NCBI GenBank assembly: GCA_947447665.1
Contig: CANFJX010000002.1
Coordinates: 209,659 to 273,658 of the forward strand
Direction: 5' to 3'
From: Bacteriovoracaceae bacterium
GTDB lineage: Bacteria > Bdellovibrionota > UBA1018
DNA length: 64,000 bases
Position numbers and translations under genes: made by a program
Shown: one piece after another, positions 27,752-36,731 of the stretch
Numbering within the stretch: the first letter of the stretch is position 1
Layout of the letters: every line of letters begins with the position of its first letter
The notes under the pieces: generated by a model
Told to the model about the DNA's origin: nothing
Databases searched by the model: none
The model's input: the letters and a program-made list of their open reading frames with translations, nothing else

Positions 27752-28987
27752 TCACATCCATTGTTGGCCTTCCCCTCGGTAAGTGGGGGTTTCTTGTATC
27801 CATTGACCATCCCGAATTAGCTGAAGAGATGAGAACCGCTCACAGAGCTCTCCTGCCTTAGGATGGCGAAAAAAGATGAGGTCCCCCAGATGGATTTGGG
27901 ACTCGTTTGGAGTTTGGTACCGGACCGGTGTTTGAACTTCTCCAGCTCCTTCGAGCGAAAGAAGCTCTAGGTTGCTCGGTAGGTAAGGCGTGGGTAGACG
28001 ATCTGATCCAGCAGAGCCCGAAGCTGGATACCCGCCTCCGTTGCAGGTGATAACACCATTTTGAGGGCGCCGTGAAACTCGCAGTGCAAAACCCAATGAG
28101 GGCTGCAGAGTTAAATCCCTAAACGAGTCAAACAGCACGGGAGCGTAAAAACCACTGCCAACAGTCACCTCGGTGATGGAAGGATCTTGTGAGGTCCAGG
28201 CAAGGCTCCCGGTACCCCCACCATTGACAAACTCTAGCTCGACGTCATGATTTCTTAAGCAAGCAACGGCTTCTTGCCGTCTCTCTAAGACTTGGGACTT
28301 CGAACGTCTTTTTAAATGCTGAACCGCCCATCCTTTGAGCGTATTGGTGAGCGTATTGGAATAAAAATCTGGGACACCCGCAAGCTGGGCTTCATAAGCC
28401 ATGAGGCCGACCCATTCCACCCTAGGCCACTGTTTTCGAAGCGCTAACAGAGCGCTCAAGTCGTCGACCGTCTTAATCGACGACCGATACACGCCGAAAT
28501 GAAGAGGTCCAAAATCAGAGGAAACATCCAAATCGATTGCAACTCGGAGATTGAGACTCTCTGAATTGGCGTAATATTGGATCAAATCTAAATGCTCAGG
28601 TCGATCAGCCATCAAGGTGATTTGAGCTCCATTTTTTACCGCTTGGGCGAGTCCACGGAAATCGGCACTCTGTGCAGTGGGATATGCCACCAAGAAATCG
28701 TTCAAGCCCTTTTCAAAAAGCCAAACTGCCTCGGGAATGCTCATCGCTAAAATACCCTTGAAAATAGGGCTTCTTTTTAAAATAGTTTCCATTACCCAGC
28801 GAGACCGTAAAGACTTGCTGCCGATTCTTATTTTTTTTGAGTGAGACTGCTGTGAGATCCAATCCATATTCTTTTCGAATGCGACCAGGTCGAGCCATGC
28901 CAATGGGGCCATTTTTGATTTGAGGGCTTGACTGTATTCTACTAATAATTTTGATTTTAGTTCTTGAGAGATTTGGATGATACCCAT
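27752..28987 (-). CDS. PLP-dependent alanine-racemase-fold amino acid deaminase/aldolase (DSD1-like)
   Basis: IRIGSKSLR (PLP Lys), GLMAYEAQ, VNGGGTGS, GAGEVQTP, FRHPKAGELCERF. Start uncertain (ORF track gives 29080). Confidence 0.88.
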   Translation of the reverse strand: MGIIQISQELKSKLLVEYSQALKSKMAPLAWLDLVAFEKNMDWISQQSHSKKIRIGSKSLRSRWVMETILKRSPIFKGILAMSIPEAVWLFEKGLNDFLVAYPTAQSADFRGLAQAVKNGAQITLMADRPEHLDLIQYYANSESLNLRVAIDLDVSSDFGPLHFGVYRSSIKTVDDLSALLALRKQWPRVEWVGLMAYEAQLAGVPDFYSNTLTNTLKGWAVQHLKRRSKSQVLERRQEAVACLRNHDVELEFVNGGGTGSLAWTSQDPSITEVTVGSGFYAPVLFDSFRDLTLQPSLGFALRVSRRPQNGVITCNGGGYPASGSAGSDRLPTPYLPSNLELLSLEGAGEVQTPVRYQTPNESQIHLGDLIFFRHPKAGELCERFSSLQLIRDGQWIQETPTYRGEGQQWM

Positions 28988-29102
28988 CTGTTCACATTGT
29001 ACCCTCCTCTTTTGTTGAGGGCGAGAGTCATGATTTTGTCGGTCATTCAGAGCTTGGTCCGGGGTTTGCATGCTGCGCAAAGAACTTTAAAGGACGTCAA
29101 AA

Positions 29103-29912
29103 ATGAATTCAGACCCTCAAACCTGTTCTATTCCTCAGGAGTGCCAACGATCTGCTCAGTGCAGAAAGCGCGATGAAGAGCTAAAGATCCTCAAGTCGAA
29201 AATGAGTATGCTCCAATCTCGAGAGGAGCTCTGGGCGATTCTTTCGCATGAGCTAAAAAGCCCACTGACAGCACTATCTATGATGAGTGAGCTGATTGAA
29301 CGGGAAAAGGGGGAATCTGAAAAAAACACAATGACCCAACGACTTTCTCACACCATTAAAACAACCGTTCATCAAATGCTGACCCTGACGTCGGACCTCA
29401 TTGATCTAAATAAATTGGAACAGGGCCATCTCAGACTTGAGCTCTCCAAGGTATCAGTTGAGAACCTCATCGAGGCCGCCTTTACGACCCACACCTTCTC
29501 TGCGGAAGCGAAGAAGATCCAACTAGAGGCGTGCCTATCTCCTCGTCATCTTTCAGTCGTTTGTGATCCCTCCCGAATCCTCCAGGTCTTATCTAACTTA
29601 TTAGGAAATGCGATTCGGTTCTCCCCCTCAGGGGGTAAGGTCTCGGTAGAGGCCTTTGAGCAGAAAAAGGAGGTAGTCATCCGCGTCAAAGACCAAGGTC
29701 AAGGGATTGACTCCCATCAAATTCCTCATTTGTTTGAAAAATTTTGGCAAGCGAAGCACCAAAATGGCCTCGGATTTGGACTTGGCCTCTTTATCACGAA
29801 AAAAATCATCGATGCTCATGGGGGGCGAATCTGGGTAGAGAGTGCCCCGCTTCAGGGAAGTTCCTTCTACGCTAGTTTACCCAATCTGGGAGTCAGTGAG
29901 TCTCTTCAGTGA
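29103..29912 (+). CDS. Cytoplasmic histidine kinase (HisKA + HATPase_c, no recognisable sensor domain)
   Basis: LSHELKSPL, QVLSNLLGNAIRF, DQGQGI, LFEKF, GFGLGL. Confidence 0.92.
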   Translation: MNSDPQTCSIPQECQRSAQCRKRDEELKILKSKMSMLQSREELWAILSHELKSPLTALSMMSELIEREKGESEKNTMTQRLSHTIKTTVHQMLTLTSDLIDLNKLEQGHLRLELSKVSVENLIEAAFTTHTFSAEAKKIQLEACLSPRHLSVVCDPSRILQVLSNLLGNAIRFSPSGGKVSVEAFEQKKEVVIRVKDQGQGIDSHQIPHLFEKFWQAKHQNGLGFGLGLFITKKIIDAHGGRIWVESAPLQGSSFYASLPNLGVSESLQ

Positions 29913-30778
29913 GTCTCTGATGAATTCGGGCTCTCCAAAGCCTTCACCGAACTAAAGTAATAGTCGCCAATGACGTGCCCTTCCTGAAATATTTGAAAGT
30001 GGTCCAATAAAGAAGTCGTAGCATTGAACTCAAAATGAACTTCATAGAAACTTTTTGGAACGGAAATCTTGACTGGTTTTTTTCTGACAAACACATCTCG
30101 CAAAGAGTCGAACTGATCGCGATTTTCTTGGAAAATAATATAGGCTAAAGTACCTAGCTGGTGTTCTAACTCAAAAATAGAGTCCGATGGCTGCAGAGTA
30201 ACCTGAGTTTTTCCAGAAAGGTGGGGTATGTATTTTACCTTACAAGTCCCAGGTGCTCCTAAGGAGAATCCACCCTCTGAACTCGACTTGACGCTCTCCA
30301 AAGATTTGCTCAGGATCCAAGCAAGAAAGTCAAATCCAGTACGATTAATCGTGAAAACCTCTCCTTCCAATGCACGGGCATCGAAAATCGACATCGAATC
30401 GCCGATCAGAGCTGAGGCAGCACTATTCGCAAAAAATCCTAGGACATTCGTGGAGCCTAGCTTGATTTTCAATTTTTCGCTCCCCGAGTACTCAACCTTC
30501 ATTCCATTATTGCGGATTCCCGTAGCTCCCGAATTCATGTACTTCATCTGAACTCGGTTTTTCGATCGCGAGACGGTTACCTCAATTTTTTCGTCATGGA
30601 GCTCTCTCCCCTGAATGTCCCATTCCTTTTTTAAAAGTACGGCCTCGTAATCAGGAAGCTTACGATTCGCTTCAATGAATTTTTCGATGCACACGATCGC
30701 CGATGGGTCCGATGCGGCCCGAGAATCAGACAAGAAACTGAAGAATAGCACAACAAATATGAAGGAGATGGGTCTCAT
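29906..30778 (-). CDS. Secreted DUF1571-like protein
   Basis: Signal peptide. DYEAVLLKKE...GREL..EKIEV...VQMKY resembles DUF1571. A possible degenerate LysM-like segment (LQPSDSIFEL). Confidence 0.55.
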   Translation of the reverse strand: MRPISFIFVVLFFSFLSDSRAASDPSAIVCIEKFIEANRKLPDYEAVLLKKEWDIQGRELHDEKIEVTVSRSKNRVQMKYMNSGATGIRNNGMKVEYSGSEKLKIKLGSTNVLGFFANSAASALIGDSMSIFDARALEGEVFTINRTGFDFLAWILSKSLESVKSSSEGGFSLGAPGTCKVKYIPHLSGKTQVTLQPSDSIFELEHQLGTLAYIIFQENRDQFDSLRDVFVRKKPVKISVPKSFYEVHFEFNATTSLLDHFQIFQEGHVIGDYYFSSVKALESPNSSETH

Positions 30779-30827
30779 AGCTTAAATTCTGTTTGATTTT
30801 CAGGTGCGAGTCAAGTCAGATCAAGGG

Positions 30828-33206
30828 ATGAAAGCCACCCGTAACCGACCGATCAATCGTAGTCAGGCCTATTTCGATTGTAATGCTACTACTCCTGTAT
30901 TTTCCAAGGCAGCCAAGGCTGCTCTCGCAGTCATGCAAGAACAGTATGGGAATCCGAGTAGCTCTCATAAAATCGGACTCCAGGCTCGGCGCCTGTTAGA
31001 GTCGAGTCGAAAAACAGTAGCAAAATCTGTGGGGGCAAAACCTGAACAGATCGTTTTTACTAGCGGAGCGACCGAATCAATTCAGACCGCTATTTTTTCT
31101 TGTCTGCAATTCTGGAAGAACCATCCCAATCTCCCGGATCGGCCAAAAATTCTATTTTTATCCACTGAACACAAAGCGGTTCCAGAGGCGATTCATCATT
31201 GGGTTAAAACTCTTGAGTTGAATTACGAGCTCGTTGAGCTTCCAGTGGACTCCAACGGCCAGATCGAGTTTCAAAAATTAAAATCAGAACTCCCCAAGGC
31301 CATTCTTCTTTGTACGATGTGGGTTAATAATGAGACTGGCGTGATCCAGAAACTCGATGAGATCGAGAAGCTCCTAGTGCAGCAGAAGTCTCAAGCTCTC
31401 TGGCTCATCGACGGAGTCCAAGCACTCGGAAAATTGGACATGCACCTCAACTCCACTCGGATCGATTATGCAGTTTTCAGCGGGCATAAGATCTATGCAC
31501 CCAAAGGCATTGGATTTCTTTACTTTAAGCGGGAAGAGATCTTTCATCCTTTAATGGTGGGAGGTGGCCAGGAAAAGGGACATCGCTCGGGATCAGAAAA
31601 CCTCCCAGGAGTGGTTGGACTTGGGGTTGCGCTAGACGGCCTGAGCGATCGTGCAGGCCGGTCTCCTTTTCAGCCTTCCGCGAGGCTCTTTGAATATCGT
31701 CATCAAATTCTTACATCGCTCCGAGAATCTTTTCCTAGTGTGGTTTTAAATACCCCACTTGACTGCTCAGTCCCCACGACGATTAACTTCTCGATGCCGG
31801 GGTTTAAAAGCAGTGAACTTTTGGATGTTTTTGATTCGGTGGGCTTAAGAGTCAGCGCGGGCTCTGCCTGTACCTCTGCTTCGGCCGAGCCCAGTCACGT
31901 GCTCACAGCGATGGGCGTTCCGGACTGGAGGAGTCGATCATCTATTCGTTTGTCTTTCGGACCTCTCACGTCCCAAAAAGAAGTAGATCGAGCTTGCAAA
32001 TTACTCAAGAAGTCTGCTTCGGCGCTCTCGGATTCGGGACTTTTATCCCGCGCTGTTTCGAGGAAGACCATTTCAAACGATTTAAACGGGGTCATCCAGT
32101 TACGCTCAGGTCCGATCAATAGCTGGCTGATTTTAAATAATACGGCTAAAACCTGCATCATCATCGATCCAGTGTCATCAATTTTTGATCGAGTCACTCA
32201 GGTCGTAAGATCGCATGATTTTAAGGTTCTCGCGGTCCTCGACACCCACGACCATGCAGATCATGAAACGGCTCGACCGACTCTTCAATCTGAGCTTGTG
32301 GACCAGATCAGCTCCGAAGCTGTGTCTCTCGGATTGCTGGGTTGGCCTATGGTGGGTCGAAGTAGAACAAGAGTCCTCCTGAAAAGTGGCGATCTTGCAG
32401 ACGCTCTCATTTTAGAAACTCGAGGCGACTCGATGATCGTTCTTGCCCGAGTCGAGACCCCCGGACACACTGAAAATAGTACGACTTATTTATTTGGCTC
32501 TGCCCGAGAAGGGGCGGCTCTTCAGGTGCAAATGGCATTTTGCGGAGACTTAATTTTGAGCGGTGGGATCGGACGCTCAGACCTTGGTCCAGGCGATACA
32601 CAACAGCTTTTCTACTCTTTAGCCAAAATCAAGGAAATCACCCAAGAGAACACACTTTTTTGCTCAGCTCATGATTATGTCAATAGTTTTGCAACCACCT
32701 TTAAAAGAGAACTGAATACCAGTGAGATTCTAAGACTGACTCTCAATCCTGAAAGTCAGACAAACTTAACGTCATTTGTAAAAAATAAGAACCATCTCGA
32801 TGAAGAGCTTCGGGATCAAGGACAAAAACTACAGGCCGTTCTATGTGGGGTCACGTCTGCCCCATCGCTTGATCGGCAGTCATCGAGCTCTATTTCAATT
32901 TCTGAGCTCGATGCTTTTTTAAATCAAGTGTCTACTCCTCCCCTTCAATTGATTGATGTTAGAGAGCGACAGGAATTTATTCTATGTAAAAATTGGAAGC
33001 AATTAGGTCTTAAAGAAGCCCCGAGAAATGTCCCTCTCTCCCAGTTAGTTAATTTAATGAGCGAACTGTTAAACACCCAAGACCCTCAGCCCCGACTTCT
33101 TTTTCTTTGTCGAAGCGGAAATCGAAGTCTTCAAGCAGCTCAGGCCCTTCGGCAAATCGGCTACCTCTCAGTCTGGAGTTTAGAAGGCGGAATTTCAATT
33201 CTCTGA
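30828..33206 (+). CDS. Cysteine desulfurase fused to MBL-fold hydrolase and rhodanese domains
   Basis: YFDCNATTP, FTSGATES, SGHKIYAPKG, SAGSAC (NifS); THDHADH, TPGHT, GD, AHDY (MBL); IDVRE, CRSGNRS (rhodanese). Confidence 0.92.
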   Translation: MKATRNRPINRSQAYFDCNATTPVFSKAAKAALAVMQEQYGNPSSSHKIGLQARRLLESSRKTVAKSVGAKPEQIVFTSGATESIQTAIFSCLQFWKNHPNLPDRPKILFLSTEHKAVPEAIHHWVKTLELNYELVELPVDSNGQIEFQKLKSELPKAILLCTMWVNNETGVIQKLDEIEKLLVQQKSQALWLIDGVQALGKLDMHLNSTRIDYAVFSGHKIYAPKGIGFLYFKREEIFHPLMVGGGQEKGHRSGSENLPGVVGLGVALDGLSDRAGRSPFQPSARLFEYRHQILTSLRESFPSVVLNTPLDCSVPTTINFSMPGFKSSELLDVFDSVGLRVSAGSACTSASAEPSHVLTAMGVPDWRSRSSIRLSFGPLTSQKEVDRACKLLKKSASALSDSGLLSRAVSRKTISNDLNGVIQLRSGPINSWLILNNTAKTCIIIDPVSSIFDRVTQVVRSHDFKVLAVLDTHDHADHETARPTLQSELVDQISSEAVSLGLLGWPMVGRSRTRVLLKSGDLADALILETRGDSMIVLARVETPGHTENSTTYLFGSAREGAALQVQMAFCGDLILSGGIGRSDLGPGDTQQLFYSLAKIKEITQENTLFCSAHDYVNSFATTFKRELNTSEILRLTLNPESQTNLTSFVKNKNHLDEELRDQGQKLQAVLCGVTSAPSLDRQSSSSISISELDAFLNQVSTPPLQLIDVRERQEFILCKNWKQLGLKEAPRNVPLSQLVNLMSELLNTQDPQPRLLFLCRSGNRSLQAAQALRQIGYLSVWSLEGGISIL

Positions 33207-34430
33207 GCGCAGCGAACGATCGAGTCTCGCTAGTAAAATGAAACTGGGAACCGCGAGAAAAATCGCAATCAAGAAATAATTAGACCACCCGACCGAGTTA
33301 ACGAGCCAGCCGGCAGGAGCTCCAATGAGGGTACGACTGAGGGCCATCAAACTGGTGAGCAAGGCGAGCTGAGTCACTGTGTATTTCGGATGGCAAAGAC
33401 TCATCAAAAAAGCGGCATAGGCTGCATTACCCATCCCACTAAAGAAGTTTTCAGCAGCAATGGTGACAATCATCATCGTCATGTGATGACCCAGGTGGGC
33501 AAGAAGATAAAAGCAAGATCCAGAAATCCCCTGAAGGACCCCAAAAATCCAGAGCGAGCGCCGGATGCCCAATCGACTGAGCCAAAATCCGCCGACGAAC
33601 GTGCCTGCAAGTGTGGCGAAGATGCCAAACCCTTTTGTTACGGTTCCGATTTCTGTTCGAGTAAATCCCAAATCCATTAAGAAAGGAGTCATCATCGCTA
33701 GAGCAACCACTACGTCCAGCTTATAAAGAGTGATGAACGCCAGGATTTCAGCAGATCGCCTACGACTAAAAAACTCTCGAAAAGGCTCAATCACAGCAGA
33801 GTGAAGGTCGGGAGGCGCAATGGCCTGCCTGGTGGGCTCGGGTGCGAGGAGTGTGCTCAAGAGGCCGGCACCCAGGACAGCGGCCATGAGGAGGTAGACC
33901 CATCGCCAAGGAAGGTGATCCGAAAGAATCAGTGCGATCGAGCCTGAGAAGATCATCGCCAAACGGTACCCTAAATTAGAGATCGCAGAACCCTGGCCGT
34001 ACTCGAGAGTTTCCAATGCCTCGGTTCGATAAGCATCAATTACCATGTCCTGACTGGCTCCGCCGAGTGCGACTGAAAAGGCCAATAAACCCATGAGAAA
34101 TGGTGTCTGAGAGGGCTCACAAAATGCCATAGCAATCAGGCAAAGAACCACCCAGAGCTGAGCTAGGATAATCCACCCCCGCCTACGACCGAGAAATGGG
34201 GGGACATACCGATCCATTAATGGTGCCCAGAGAAACTTCAGCGTATACGGAAGTCCGACGAGAGAAAAAATACCGATCAAAGCATAATCTACGTGACTCG
34301 TGACCATCCAGGCTTGTAGAGTTCCACCGACAAGCGCGACTGGAAGGCCTGAGGAAAACCCAAGCAGCAAAATCGCCCAATAACGGCGGTCACTTAACCA
34401 GCTTGGCAAAATTTCCTTCCTCAGGCTCAT
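33195..34430 (-). CDS. ampG: AmpG muropeptide MFS transporter
   Basis: LLGFSSGLP, PYTLKFLWAPLMD, GRRRGW, ASQDMVIDAYR. SD AGGAG before ATG 34430. Confidence 0.95.
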   Translation of the reverse strand: MSLRKEILPSWLSDRRYWAILLLGFSSGLPVALVGGTLQAWMVTSHVDYALIGIFSLVGLPYTLKFLWAPLMDRYVPPFLGRRRGWIILAQLWVVLCLIAMAFCEPSQTPFLMGLLAFSVALGGASQDMVIDAYRTEALETLEYGQGSAISNLGYRLAMIFSGSIALILSDHLPWRWVYLLMAAVLGAGLLSTLLAPEPTRQAIAPPDLHSAVIEPFREFFSRRRSAEILAFITLYKLDVVVALAMMTPFLMDLGFTRTEIGTVTKGFGIFATLAGTFVGGFWLSRLGIRRSLWIFGVLQGISGSCFYLLAHLGHHMTMMIVTIAAENFFSGMGNAAYAAFLMSLCHPKYTVTQLALLTSLMALSRTLIGAPAGWLVNSVGWSNYFLIAIFLAVPSFILLARLDRSLRSEN

Positions 34431-34511
34431 GGCGAAACTCCTTAAGTTGAATCGTAAAATGAAGAATAGCACGAGCACGAATCATCGATCTATAAAGATC
34501 AAAAGGAAACT

Positions 34512-34829
34512 ATGACACAGCACATTAGTATGGATGACCTTCACGAACAGTTAGCCCAAATCGGGAACAAGGATCTGATCCTCGATGTTCGTACGCCGGA
34601 GGAATATGTTTCAGGTCACGTCCCCGGGAGTAAGAACATTCCTCTTGGCGAGATTGGCGGACGCCATTCAGAGCTTCATGGCTTTGATAAAATTTTTGTG
34701 TACTGCCAAGCTGGGCGAAGATCTCAAGTGGCTGCCATGACCCTAGAGAGTCTAGGCTTTAAAAATATTATTTGTATCTCCACGTTTGGGATGGGTCACT
34801 GGATTGCCTCAGGATTTCCAGTAGAATAG
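34512..34829 (+). CDS. Rhodanese-like sulfurtransferase
   Basis: ILDVRTPEEY..GHVPGS, YCQAGRRS. Confidence 0.92.
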   Translation: MTQHISMDDLHEQLAQIGNKDLILDVRTPEEYVSGHVPGSKNIPLGEIGGRHSELHGFDKIFVYCQAGRRSQVAAMTLESLGFKNIICISTFGMGHWIASGFPVE

Positions 34830-34904
34830 TAGATTTGTAATTATTCTGTACAATCTAAATCACCCCATGATAAACCGCTCATATAAGTATCTGGGGGGAT
34901 ATTT

Positions 34905-36731
34905 ATGCATATGGGGAGAGGGTGGCTTGGTTTTACTATAATTTTTGTTTTTCACTCTTTTTTCGGAACAATCGGGAATGCTGCGAGTAAAAAACCAAGA
35001 TTAATTACTGAGTTTGCTGATTTCACTCCTGGACAAAAAGAAGATCAAGTTCGATCAAAAATTGAGTTTCTAGATGGCGGACAAACCCGAAAGATCAGTA
35101 TCGCTGATCTTTCGGTTCCAGACGCGGTGAGCGGTTGCCCCGTTGACACCATGCCGATGGAGCTTTCGCTCATGATTTCTCAACTCACTAATAAAGTGGG
35201 TGCTCTGGTTCAAAAAATGGCTGATGATCAAGCGGATCATTGCTCCGCCCTCAGCTCTCGGCTGAAGGCCACCCAAAGTCAGGTAGGCACAGCGTTTCAA
35301 TATCGACTCGTTGCGGGTGGTCCCATTACTTCAGGTGCTAGCCAGGACATAATCAACCAACAGACTCAGCAGGCCAGTGCAGTCAATCAAATGATCCTCA
35401 CTACTTCTGACATTCTTCAAAACTGCGTGTCTCGAGAAACTTTAGGAGATCAGCAGGTCATCCAAAAGCTGATAGCTCAAATTGTGACGTTGACTGGGCT
35501 TTTTATGGGGGGATGGCAAGGTATCGCAATCGCTACAGGCGGACAGATTATCGGAGCCATTCCGTTGTTTACGGGAGATCTTGAAAATGCTCTGAAGCAG
35601 TTTAAGCGCTTCGATCAGATGGGCGAACGAGGGTCTTTTTTGTGCTATCTCAGGCAAATCCGAAAAACCTCTTGTCTCCTTTTTGCAAATGAAGATGATC
35701 AATTTATTAATGGTCTAGATCTTTCATTTAATACAGGACCAGTTCATACGACGATTGAGTCGATTGAAAAATTTAAGAAAGAAGCACCTCAAGCTGTCAG
35801 TGATCTTGAGATGCTTCGGAAAATAAAAGCTCAGAGTGATGATTTTATGACCACATTCACTCAAATCGAGGCTCAGGCTAATCGAGTCAATAACCCAAAC
35901 TTATCTCCTCTCCTCAAGGCTACCTTAGACCAAATGAACGCATTTTGTCATGAGGTGGCGCCGCTTCACGATCTGAGCGATCCAAGGATTTTCAACGAAG
36001 TCATTCAAACAGAAATTCGTGAGATGAGTAAAGTTTGTTCTCATGAAACTCAGCTGATTTCTCTCTCGTTTAGTCAGATATCAAATTTTTATTGGCAAAT
36101 CTATTCGCTGAGCTCTTTTTATCAAGAGATCATTAAAGACGAATCGACTGAAATTGGAAAAATCGGACGAACCATTGAATCGATGAAGTACTTCGAGGGA
36201 CTTAAGAAATCTGTCACACAATACGCAGATTCAAACGCAGGAAATCAGAACCGAATGCAATTTCTTGATCTCAGTCGTCAATTGAGTAAAAAGCTTGGAG
36301 TGAGTACTTTTAAAAAGTTATTCAAAGATGATTTTGAAAAATTTTTACGGTCTGAATCTATGATTCAGGGGTGCTATTATAGTGATGCTGCTCATGAGCC
36401 TAGCGAACACGGCGATGTGCGGGGTCGAGCCCTGCGAGCGATGATTGATCTCTGCATGACTTTTGATCCGACTTTGACTTGCATGGACGTAGGTAATCCT
36501 AAAAAGGATCCCCTTTTCAAAACCTGGATTCAGCACTGTGTAGGTCCAGAATCTAATCTCTGCCGAGATTCCCTCAGGCGGCGTGAGAGAGCCATTTTCT
36601 TAAAGGACCAGCGCTATCGAACCTACTTTGATTCACTCTGTGGCCCTGAGGAAAAAATTGAACCAGACCTAAGGCTACCGCCCGGCCTACCTAATCAGGA
36701 GAGTGCTCCGGGGGCAATTCACGCAGGCTAA
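34905..36731 (+). CDS. Secreted Cys-rich helical hypothetical protein
   Basis: Signal peptide, hydrophobic hairpin IVTLTGLFMGGWQGIAIATGGQIIGAIP, many cysteines. Confidence 0.8.
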   Translation: MHMGRGWLGFTIIFVFHSFFGTIGNAASKKPRLITEFADFTPGQKEDQVRSKIEFLDGGQTRKISIADLSVPDAVSGCPVDTMPMELSLMISQLTNKVGALVQKMADDQADHCSALSSRLKATQSQVGTAFQYRLVAGGPITSGASQDIINQQTQQASAVNQMILTTSDILQNCVSRETLGDQQVIQKLIAQIVTLTGLFMGGWQGIAIATGGQIIGAIPLFTGDLENALKQFKRFDQMGERGSFLCYLRQIRKTSCLLFANEDDQFINGLDLSFNTGPVHTTIESIEKFKKEAPQAVSDLEMLRKIKAQSDDFMTTFTQIEAQANRVNNPNLSPLLKATLDQMNAFCHEVAPLHDLSDPRIFNEVIQTEIREMSKVCSHETQLISLSFSQISNFYWQIYSLSSFYQEIIKDESTEIGKIGRTIESMKYFEGLKKSVTQYADSNAGNQNRMQFLDLSRQLSKKLGVSTFKKLFKDDFEKFLRSESMIQGCYYSDAAHEPSEHGDVRGRALRAMIDLCMTFDPTLTCMDVGNPKKDPLFKTWIQHCVGPESNLCRDSLRRRERAIFLKDQRYRTYFDSLCGPEEKIEPDLRLPPGLPNQESAPGAIHAG

